Source: Dehalococcoidia bacterium | GTDB lineage: Bacteria; Chloroflexota; Dehalococcoidia; Lucifugimonadales; Australimonadaceae | NCBI GenBank assembly: GCA_963668465.1 | Contig: OY764542.1 | Span: 1,094,153-1,158,152 of the forward strand | Direction of reading: 5' to 3' | Length of the DNA: 64,000 bases | Shown: one piece after another, positions 17,913-26,100 of the stretch | How positions within the stretch are numbered: the stretch's first letter is position 1 | Layout: every line of letters starts with the position of its first letter | Notes under the pieces: generated by a model | What the model saw: only the letters and a program-made list of their open reading frames with translations | The model's database searches: none | What the model was told of the DNA's origin: nothing | Made by a program: the position numbers and the translations under genes

Positions 17913-18818
17913 AGCGCATACAATGCACCGGCTACGTGGGAGGTGCTGAACGTGGGCAAGCTGGATGGGCAGACGGTGATCGTGACGGGGGCGAGCCGGG
18001 GCATCGGGGCGGAGATCGCGCGGGTGCTGGCGGCGGAGGGCGGGCGCGTGGTGTGCGCGGCGCGCACGCTGCACGAGGGCGACCATCCGCTGGAAGGCTC
18101 GCTGGAGCACACGGTCGCGGGCATCCGCGACGCGGGGCACGAGGCGTCGGCGGTCGCGGTCAACATCTCGGAGGCGGAGGAGTGCGAGCGTCTCGTGCAG
18201 GAGGCGCGGTCGCTCTACGGGCCGGTCGACGTGCTGGTGAACAACGCGGCGCTCTCCTACTTCCTGCCGGTGACGGACTACGCGGTGAACCGGTGGATGC
18301 GCTCGTGGGCGGTGAACGTCCACGCGCCGTTCATCCTGAGCCAACTGGCGTTGCAGGACATGGTCCCGCGCCGGAGCGGGCGCATCGTCAACATCTCGTC
18401 GGTCGCGGCGATCGGGCCGGGGCATGGGCCGTACGATGGGGAGGGCGCGGAGGAGTTCCGGCTGAAGGGCGGCACGGGGTACGGCGCGCAGAAGGCGGCG
18501 TTGGAGCGCTTCTCGCAGGGGCTGGCGTCGGAGGTGTACGCGGACGGCGTCGGCGTCGCGGCGGTCGCGCCGTCGCTCATCGTGCCGACGCCGGGCACGG
18601 TGTTCCACCACCTCGTGACCGGCTACGACGACCCGCGCGGCGAGCACCCGAACGTCCTCGCGCAGGCCGTGTTGCTGCTGTCGACGGAGGCGCTCGACGC
18701 GGTGAGCGGCCGGGTCTGCTACAGCCAGCAGTTGCTGCGGGAATTCGGATGGATCGAGGGCGGCAGCGGCCCCGGCATCGACGTCGACTGGCCGGTGAGC
18801 GGGTTCACGCTGCGGTAG
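17904..18818 (+). CDS. Short-chain dehydrogenase/reductase family oxidoreductase
   Basis: TGASRGIG Rossmann motif, NNAA, and an SDR-type length of 304 aa. Confidence 0.8.
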   Translation: MRVSAYNAPATWEVLNVGKLDGQTVIVTGASRGIGAEIARVLAAEGGRVVCAARTLHEGDHPLEGSLEHTVAGIRDAGHEASAVAVNISEAEECERLVQEARSLYGPVDVLVNNAALSYFLPVTDYAVNRWMRSWAVNVHAPFILSQLALQDMVPRRSGRIVNISSVAAIGPGHGPYDGEGAEEFRLKGGTGYGAQKAALERFSQGLASEVYADGVGVAAVAPSLIVPTPGTVFHHLVTGYDDPRGEHPNVLAQAVLLLSTEALDAVSGRVCYSQQLLREFGWIEGGSGPGIDVDWPVSGFTLR

Positions 18819-18824
18819 GGGGTG

Positions 18825-18990
18825 TTGTCATTCCGAGCGCCGCGCCCATTGTCATTCCGAGCGGAGCGTTCCTTGTCATTCCGAGCGGAGTGCAGCGGAG
18901 CCGAGGAATCTCTCGGGAGGGGTCTCGTTGTAAGCGAACGTTCCCCGAGAGATGTTTCGACTCCGCCTTCGGCTACGCTCAACATGACAA
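18825..18990. repeat. MITE-like palindromic element (118 bp, 18873-18990) preceded by two extra 24-nt tandem copies of its left terminus
   Basis: ttgtcattccgagcg recurs at 18825, 18849 and 18873. Imperfect terminal inverted repeats ttgtcattccgagcggag ... ctacgctcaacatgacaa. Near-identical to 20345-20462. Confidence 0.8.
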
Positions 18991-18996
18991 TGCCCC

Positions 18997-19024
18997 CGTC
19001 ATTTCCGCGAAGGCGGGAATCCAG
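18997..19024. repeat. Short hairpin repeat (gtcatttccgcgaaggcgggaatccag type)
   Basis: An inverted copy is present at 21069-21097 (ctggattcccgccggtgcgggaatgacgg). Confidence 0.7.
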
Positions 19025-19030
19025 ACTGAT

Positions 19031-19100
19031 GTAGGGGCATCCCTTGTGGGTGCCCTGCCCGGCCGACAGGGACACGGGCGCCCACCAGGGACGCCCCTAC
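19031..19100. repeat. 70-nt long imperfect palindrome
   Basis: gtaggggcatcccttgtgggtgccc ... gggcgcccaccagggacgcccctac; the arms pair when G-U pairs are allowed. Confidence 0.65.
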
Positions 19101-19177
19101 ACCAAACAGGGCTGCGGGCTTGCGCGCTAAAGCGCGGGCCTTCGCAGGAACGACGGAAGGTTAGAGGAGGACAAGCG

Positions 19178-20329
19178 ATGACAACCCGGTTCCGTGCAGA
19201 CCACGTTGGGAGTTTCCTGCGGCCGCCGGAGGTGAAGGAGGCGCGGGAGGCGTTCGAGGACGGGCGCATCTCCGAGGAGGCGCTGCGGGAGGTGGAGAAC
19301 GAGCACATCCTGCGCGTGATCGACCTCCAACGGCAGGCCGGCATCGGCGTCTATACAGACGGCGAGCTGCGGCGCAGTGGCTGGGCGGGCGACTTCGGCG
19401 AGGCGGTCGAGGGGTTCATCCTCGGCGAGCCGCCCGTCCGCATGCCGTTCCAGGGCGGCAAGGGCGACTGGGAGGGGCCGGGCATCACGCCGGAGAACCC
19501 GATGGGCATGCCGGGCACGGCGGGCGGGCGCATCATCGGCGAGCGTCTGCGGCAGGTGCGGCGTCTCACGGGTCACGAGTCGGCGTTCATCCGGGAGCAC
19601 GCGCCGGGGCCGTACAAGGTGACGATGCCCGCGGCCAGCTACGTCGTCGCTCGCGGCTACAAGCCCGGCGTCACGGACACGGTGTACGAGTCGCGCGCCG
19701 CCGTGCTCGCCGACGCCGCGTCCATCATCCGAGACGAGGTCGTGGCGCTCGTCGGCGAAGGCTGCCCGTACGTGCAGCTGGACAATCCGCACTACCCGGA
19801 CTACATCCCGGAGGAGCGCCGCGCGCAGTGGGCCTCGCAGGGCGTCGACCAGGACCAGGCGCTCCAGGACGACATCGACGCCGACAACGCGTGCCTGCGC
19901 GGCTTCGACCGCAGCGCCACCATCCTGGCGATGCACCTCTGCCGGGGCAACGGGGCCTACGGCGCATGGCACACGTCCGGCGGCTACGACCGCATCGCGG
20001 AGCAGCTCTTCAGCCAGCTGGAGGTCGACTCCTTCCTGCTGGAGTACGACAGCGAGCGGGCCGGAACGTTCGCGCCGCTGCGCTTCATGCCGAAGGGCAA
20101 GACGGTCGTGCTGGGCCTCGTGACGACGAAGGCGGGCGAGCTCGAATCGCAGGACACGCTGCTGCGCCGTATCGACGAGGCGTCGCAATTCGTGGACGGC
20201 GACGACCTCGCGCTCAGCCCGCAGTGCGGCTTCTCGTCGACGCTGCAGGGCAACCCCATCACCTGGGACGACCAGCTGCGCAAGCTCGAACTCGTGGTGG
20301 ACACGGCGCGCCGGGCGTGGGGGACGTAG
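19178..20329 (+). CDS. Cobalamin-independent methionine synthase (MetE C-terminal domain)-like protein
   Basis: 383 aa starting MTTRFRADHVGSFLRPPEVKEA.., a typical COG0620/Meth_synt_2 N-terminus. AGGAGG lies upstream. The 797-aa track ORF (17936-20329) is a read-through artefact. Confidence 0.7.
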   Translation: MTTRFRADHVGSFLRPPEVKEAREAFEDGRISEEALREVENEHILRVIDLQRQAGIGVYTDGELRRSGWAGDFGEAVEGFILGEPPVRMPFQGGKGDWEGPGITPENPMGMPGTAGGRIIGERLRQVRRLTGHESAFIREHAPGPYKVTMPAASYVVARGYKPGVTDTVYESRAAVLADAASIIRDEVVALVGEGCPYVQLDNPHYPDYIPEERRAQWASQGVDQDQALQDDIDADNACLRGFDRSATILAMHLCRGNGAYGAWHTSGGYDRIAEQLFSQLEVDSFLLEYDSERAGTFAPLRFMPKGKTVVLGLVTTKAGELESQDTLLRRIDEASQFVDGDDLALSPQCGFSSTLQGNPITWDDQLRKLELVVDTARRAWGT

Positions 20330-20344
20330 GGGGAATGGGGATTA

Positions 20345-20462
20345 TTGTCATTCCGAGCGGAGTGCAACGGAGCCGAGGAATCTCTCGGGAGACGCCCCGT
20401 TGTGCGCGAACGCTCCCCGAGAGATGTTTCGACTCCGCCTCCGGCTCCGCTCAACATGACAA
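20345..20462. repeat. MITE-like palindromic element, copy 2 (118 bp)
   Basis: Same termini and internal ggaatctctcggga..tccccgagagatgtttcgac as 18873-18990. It begins 16 nt after the stop of the preceding gene. Confidence 0.8.
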
Positions 20463-20502
20463 GGCCAACGGGACAGGCAACGTAACAGCGGAGGAATGAC
20501 CG

Positions 20503-21009
20503 ATGACGATGTGGGGAGCAGGATTCTATGGAGACCCGTGCCGGGAGTGCGGGTACTCGTGGTCGATATCGCCGGAGGAAGGGACGGCGCTGATCCTCGA
20601 CGCGCCGCGCCGGTACGCGGAGCTGCTCGACGGCGCGGACGGCAACGTGCGGCACCCCGGCCTGACGTGGTCGGTCACGGCGTACGTCGAGCACGTCTCC
20701 GACAACCTTCGGAACTGGGCCGAGCGCATCGTGAGCGCGGTCGCGGCGGGGCAGACGGCGCTGCGCCCAACGGACCAGGATGTCGTCGCGGCGGCTCGGG
20801 GCTACGAGAGCATCCCGCTGGCGACTGCGCTCTGGTCGATGGGGCATTCGGCCGACATCTGGGCGGACGCGATGGCGGCGTCAGCGGGGCAGGACATCGT
20901 CTTCGCCCACCCGACGCGCGGGCAGCAGTCGCTGGCCGAGCTCGTGCTGACTGTCGCGCACGACACGGCGCATCACGAGTGGGACATCCGGCGGTCGTTG
21001 GGGACGTAG
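20503..21009 (+). CDS. DinB/maleylpyruvate-isomerase-N-terminal-like metal-binding protein
   Basis: 168 aa with His-rich helices (YVEHVSDNL.., TVAHDTAHHEWDI) resembling DinB-superfamily four-helix bundles. Confidence 0.45.
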   Translation: MTMWGAGFYGDPCRECGYSWSISPEEGTALILDAPRRYAELLDGADGNVRHPGLTWSVTAYVEHVSDNLRNWAERIVSAVAAGQTALRPTDQDVVAAARGYESIPLATALWSMGHSADIWADAMAASAGQDIVFAHPTRGQQSLAELVLTVAHDTAHHEWDIRRSLGT

Positions 21010-21068
21010 GGGCGGCCCTGTCATGCTGAGCGGACCGTCAGTCCCCCTGCGTGCGCTGCCCGCGCACC

Positions 21069-21097
21069 CTGGATTCCCGCCGGTGCGGGAATGACGG
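21069..21097. repeat. Short hairpin repeat, inverted copy of 18997-19024, followed by T5
   Basis: ctggattcccgccggtgcgggaatgacggggttttt read directly. Confidence 0.65.
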
Positions 21098-21120
21098 GGT
21101 TTTTCGCGCACCCGGATCGG

Positions 21121-21450
21121 CTACTTCGGGGGGAGGCTGAGGGCGTAGGCGGCGCCGGTGGCGACCCAGTCTTCGAGCGTCGCGTCGTCGTCAGTGCCGT
21201 CGGGGCCGACGACGATCCAGCCGCGCATGGGCCTGCCGGTGAAGTCCATCTCGCGGACGTGGGGTTTCGTGAGCGCGGCCTCGTACTCGTCCTTCGGGAC
21301 GCGGACCATCAGGTCGCTCCCCAGGACGCCGCAGGCCATGTTGCCCTGCAGCATGACGGCGACGCCGCCGAACATCTTCTTCTCCACGAGCGACGGCTCC
21401 GCGCCGAGGATGTCGAGCACGCGCTCGGTCAGTCGTTCGTCGTAGGGCAC
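21121..21450 (-). CDS. TfoX N-terminal domain protein
   Basis: 109 aa; ..EKKMFGGVAVMLQGNMACGV..LMVRV.. is the characteristic TfoX_N pattern. Confidence 0.7.
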   Translation of the reverse strand: MPYDERLTERVLDILGAEPSLVEKKMFGGVAVMLQGNMACGVLGSDLMVRVPKDEYEAALTKPHVREMDFTGRPMRGWIVVGPDGTDDDATLEDWVATGAAYALSLPPK

Positions 21451-21461
21451 CAGCCGCCTCC

Positions 21462-23105
21462 TTACTCCTGCCGCGCTCTGTCCTGCTCGATGAGGACGCG
21501 CCGCAACAGTTTACCGGAGGCGTTCTTGGGAATGGCGTCGATGAATTCGACCTCGCGCAGCTGCTTGAACGTCGCGACGCGCTCCGCAACGAACGCCATG
21601 AGTTCATCGGCAGAAGGCGCGTGGTCCGCTTTGCAGACCACGTACGCCTTCGGCACCTCGCCTGCTTCGTCGTCGGGCATCGGGATGACGGCGGCGTCGG
21701 CGACGCCGGGGTGTTCGAGCAGCAGGCCCTCCAACTCGGCGGGCGCGACCTGGAAGCCCTTGTACTTGATGAGCTCCTTTTTGCGGTCGACGATGCTCAC
21801 GTAGCCGTCCTCGTCCATGCTGGCGATGTCGCCGGTGTGGAACCAGCCGTCCGGCGTGATGGCCTCCGCAGTCGCCTCCGGCTGGCGGTAGTAGCCCTTC
21901 ATCACCTGCGGGCCGCGTACCAGCAGCTCGCCGAGTTCACCAGGCGGGAGATCGCAATCGCCGGACTCGAGGTCGACGATGCGCTCCTCGGTGTCCGGCA
22001 GCGCGGGGCCTATCGTGCCGGGCCTGCCGCGCTCGTCGGTGAAGTCGGTGTTGGTCATGGGGGATGTCTCGGTGAGGCCGTAGCCCTGGATGACGGCGCA
22101 GCCGAGCCGCTCCGCGAGGCGGGTCTGCAACTCGCCGGAGAGCGGGGCCGCTCCGGTGAGCAGGAATCGCAACGATGAGACGTCGTACTCGTCGAGCAGC
22201 GGCGTCAGCGTGAGGCCGAGGCAGACGGGCGGCACGGTGTAGAGCACCGTCATGCGGTGCTCCGCGATGAGCGCCAGCATCTCGCGCATGTCGAAGCGCC
22301 CCATCATCACCTGCGTCGCTCCGGCGGCGATGGCGCTCAACTGGAGCACGGTCATGCCGTAGATGTGGAAGAGCGGCAGGTGCACGAGCATCACGTCGCC
22401 GCGCCGGACGACGCCGTCCTCGCCGGGGCGTCCGAGGTTCTGCCGGACGTTGGTATGGAGGTTGGAGTGCGTGAGCATGACGCCCTTCTGCAGGCCGGTG
22501 GTGCCGGAGGAGAAGGGCAGCGCGGCGATGTCCTCGTAGGGGTCGAGCGCGGGCTCGGGCGGCGGGCCGCTCTGCGCCTCGATGAGCGACCAGAACGAGG
22601 GCGCCGTATCGGCGTCTTCCGTGATGAGGACGCGTCCTATGGCCTCCTCCGAGCCGGACAGCGCGAGGTCGGCGGCGTCCGCCAGCGTGTGATGGACGAT
22701 GAGCGCCTGTGCGCCGGAGGCCTCCAGCTGGTACGCGATCTCGCGTTCTCGGTATCCGGAGTTGATGGTGGTGACGGTGGCGCCAGCCTTGAGTATGCCG
22801 AAGAAGGCAATCTCGAACTCGGCGCAGTTGGGCGAGAGGATGCCCACGATGTCACCCTTGCCGAGGCCCATCGCGGCGAGGGCGGACGCGAACCTGCCGG
22901 AGTGCGCGTCCAGCTCCGCGAAGGTGAACCGGCGGTCGCCGTCGATGATGGCGGTCTCGTCGGGCCATCGCTCGGCGGCCTGCTGCAGCAGTCGCTGGAC
23001 GGGCTCCGGGTTGTATGGGGCGAGTGATGAGCGGCTCATGGGCTTCGGCTGACCTGTGCGTCCGTGATTCGGCGTGAAACTATCCGACGCGCCGGTAGCA
23101 GTCAA
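21462..23105 (-). CDS. AMP-dependent acyl-CoA synthetase/ligase (4-coumarate/long-chain fatty-acid CoA-ligase-like)
   Basis: FSSGTTGLQKGVMLTH (AMP-binding core), GYGLTETS, GWFHTGDI, KYKGFQVAPAELE, and a C-terminal KNASGKLLRR. Confidence 0.85.
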   Translation of the reverse strand: MTATGASDSFTPNHGRTGQPKPMSRSSLAPYNPEPVQRLLQQAAERWPDETAIIDGDRRFTFAELDAHSGRFASALAAMGLGKGDIVGILSPNCAEFEIAFFGILKAGATVTTINSGYREREIAYQLEASGAQALIVHHTLADAADLALSGSEEAIGRVLITEDADTAPSFWSLIEAQSGPPPEPALDPYEDIAALPFSSGTTGLQKGVMLTHSNLHTNVRQNLGRPGEDGVVRRGDVMLVHLPLFHIYGMTVLQLSAIAAGATQVMMGRFDMREMLALIAEHRMTVLYTVPPVCLGLTLTPLLDEYDVSSLRFLLTGAAPLSGELQTRLAERLGCAVIQGYGLTETSPMTNTDFTDERGRPGTIGPALPDTEERIVDLESGDCDLPPGELGELLVRGPQVMKGYYRQPEATAEAITPDGWFHTGDIASMDEDGYVSIVDRKKELIKYKGFQVAPAELEGLLLEHPGVADAAVIPMPDDEAGEVPKAYVVCKADHAPSADELMAFVAERVATFKQLREVEFIDAIPKNASGKLLRRVLIEQDRARQE

Positions 23106-23149
23106 CGCGGCGGCAGTATGCGCGGACTCCTATAATGCGCTTGTCTGTC

Positions 23150-23181
23150 GATGACACGTCCGAGTGATGACACGTCCGAGT
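23150..23181 (+). promoter_or_regulatory. Perfect 2 x 16-bp tandem direct repeat in the PKS leader; candidate operator
   Basis: gatgacacgtccgagt occurs twice back to back, ending 11 nt before the PKS ATG. TATAAT at 23131-23136 lies just upstream. Confidence 0.5.
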
Positions 23182-23192
23182 GAGAGGAAGTG

Positions 23193-26100
23193 ATGGCATC
23201 CGAGGGGAAGGTCGACTCCAGCAGACTCCCCAGCGAGTCCGTGGGCGGAGAGCCCATCGCGGTGGTAGGGATGGCGTGCCGGTTCCCCAGCGCCACGGGG
23301 CTTCCGGCGTTCTGGCGTCAGTTGGAGGCCGGTGAGAGCGCGGTCATCGAGGGCGTTCCAGGTTCCGGCGTCGGGCGCGTGGGCTACCTCTTCCCGGACG
23401 CAGCGGTACAAGCCGAGGCGTGCCGTTTCGGGGCGTACATCGACGAGATCGACCAGTTCGACGCGGGGTTCTTCCGCATCTCCCCGGTGGAGGCGCAACT
23501 GCTGGACCCGCAGCAGCGGCTGATGCTGGAGACGAGCTGGCGAGCGCTCGAAGACGCGGGGATCGACCCGGACACGCTGAAGGGCAGCCGCACCGGGGTC
23601 TACGCGGGCATCAGCAACAACGAGTACCGGGGGCTGATCCTTGGCGTCAGCGACACCGCCGACCCCGCCACGAGCCTCTACACGGTCACCGGCACGTCGT
23701 TCAACACGGCCATCGGGCGCGTGGCGTTCGCACTGGGGCTGCAAGGGCCGGCGATAGCGGTGGACACGGCGTGCTCGTCGTCGCTCGTGGCGGTGCACCA
23801 GGCAATCGTCGGTTTGCAGCGCGGCGAGGCCGACCTTGCGCTCGCGGGAGGCGTGCACGCGATCCTGTCGGGGCGGTTGCTCGAGCTGCGAGCGAACGCC
23901 GGGATGCTGGCGCCTGACGGCCAATGTAAGACGTTCGACGCCGCAGCGAACGGGTACGTGCGGGGCGAGGGCTGCGGCCTCCTCGTGCTGAAGCGGCTGA
24001 GCGAGGCGGAGGCGGACGGCGACCGGATCTGGGGCGTGATACGCGGCTCGGCGCTGAACCAGGACGGGGCGAGCCAGGGGCTGACGGTGCCGAGCGAGAG
24101 CGCCCAGGAGCAGGTGATCGAGGCGGCGTTGCTCCGGGCAGGGCTGGAGCCGTGGGAAGTGGACTACGTGGAGGCGCACGGGACGGGGACGCCGGTGGGC
24201 GACCCGATCGAGATGCAGGCCACGGGAACGGTGTACAGCAGGGGCCGCGAGGCAGACCGTCCGCTCCTCGTCGGGTCGGTGAAGACGAACATCGGCCACC
24301 TGGAGTCCGCGGCGGGCGCCGCCAGCCTCATCAAGGTGATGCTGGCGATGAAGCACCGGGTCATCCCGAAGCACCTGAACTTCCGCAACCCGAACCCGGA
24401 GATCGACTGGGAGCGGATGACGGTGCGGGTGGCGTCGGAGACGATGGAGTGGCCGGTCGTTCCCAACCGTCCACCCCGAGCAGGAGTGAGTGGATTCGGA
24501 TGGTCGGGCACGAACGCGCACGTCATCGTGGAGGGGTACGGGGAGCCTATAGCCGCTGACGCGGGGAACGGTCTGCCGGCGGGGCCTTCGGTGGCTATCG
24601 CGGTTGCGCAGGCGGAGGCTGGACACCCCCATCCTAGCCTTCCCCCATCGAGGGGGAAGGGACCGGAAGTCTCGACAGCGGAGGAATGGGAGTTGGCGGC
24701 GCGGGGGACGCGACTGCTGCCGCTGTCGGGGAAGTCGAGGCAGGCGCTCAGGGAGCAGGCGGAACGGTATATCGCGTGGCTCGACGAGCATCCCGAGCAG
24801 TTCCCACACGACGGCGCGGCCAGCGGCGAAGCGCTGTCAGACATGGCGTGGACAGCGAGCGTCGGGCGGAGTCACTTCCCGCACCGCTCGGGCGTTGTCT
24901 TTCGCAATGCGGCGTCGCTGCGCGAGCGGCTGCGGGAGGTCGTGGAGGGGGACGACACGCCCGACGGGCCAGAGCCGAAGCCTGCGTCCAAGGTGGCGTT
25001 CGTCTACACCGGCCAGGGCAGCCAGTGGGTGGGGATGGGAGAGGCGCTGTACGAGAGTGAGCCGGTGTTCCGCGCGGTGCTCGACCGGTGCGAGCGATGG
25101 GTGCAGGAGCACCGGGGAGCGTCGCTGCTGGACGTGCTGTTCGGACGGCCCGGCGCGACGGGCAGCCTCGACGACCCGATGTGGACGCAGCCCGCGACCT
25201 ACGCGCTCCAGTGCGGGCTGACTGCGCTCTGGTCGAGCCTGGGCGTGCATCCGGACGTCGTGATGGGCCATAGCCTCGGTGAGATTGCGGCTTCGCAGAC
25301 TGCAGGCGTGTTCAGCCTCGAGGACGGGCTACGGTTCGCGGCGACGCGCGGCGAGCTGATGGCGTCGCTGCCGGTGTCGGGCGCGATGGCGGCGGTGTTC
25401 GCGCCTGAGGCCCACGTGGGGGCTGCTCTAGAGGAGTGGAACGCTGCGACAGAGGGGCTGGGGTTGAGCGTCGCGGCAGACAACGGAGCGCACCAGGTGG
25501 TGAGCGGCGAGGCGGGGGAGGTAGAGCAGATCGTGCAGCGGTTCGAGGCAGAGGGGCTTCGCGTGAACCGGCTGCGGAGCAGCCCCGGCTACCACAGCGT
25601 GCTCGTGGAACCGGCGCTGGACGATCTGGCTGCTGTGGTTGGCGACCTTGCGGTCGCGCCGCCGTCCATCCCACTGGTGAGCAACGTGACTGGCCGGTTG
25701 ATCGCGCAGGGCGGCGTGCAGGACCCGGCGTACTGGCGGCGGCACGCGCGGCAGCCGGTGGCGTTCCGGGGGTGCGTCGAGACGCTGGCCGAGATGGGCG
25801 TCGACGCAGTCGTGGAACTGGGGCCGCACACGGTGCTGGGGCCGATGGCGAGCCTCGCGTGGCCGGAGACGAGCGCCGCCCCGGCGGTGCTATCGAGCCT
25901 GCACCGACCGCCGCGGGACCCGGCAGAGCCCATCGTGGACTCGACGGGTGGGTTCATCGAAGGAGTCGCCGCGGCGTACGAGGCGGACATCCCGTTCTCG
26001 TTCGCAGGGCTGTTCGCCGGGGAATCGCGGCGGCGGGTCGCGCTGCCGGGGTATCCATTCCAGCGGCAGTCGTACTGGGTCGACGAGGTGCGGCGGCGGC

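Noticed and set aside
17936-20329. 797-aa ORF spanning the SDR gene, the repeat cluster and the MetE-like gene
   Set aside because: Its first roughly 410 residues are Arg/Gly/Ala-rich out-of-frame translation of the SDR gene and of palindromic repeats. Only the last 383 codons (from ATG 19178, with an AGGAGG upstream) look like a real protein.
23130-24809. 559-aa minus-strand ORF, and similar long antisense ORFs (28857-30560, 30795-32219, 26358-27080) opposite the PKS
   Set aside because: They are Arg/Pro/His-rich with no motifs, and lie antisense to a gene with unambiguous KS/AT/ER/KR motifs. This is typical high-G+C shadow ORF behaviour.
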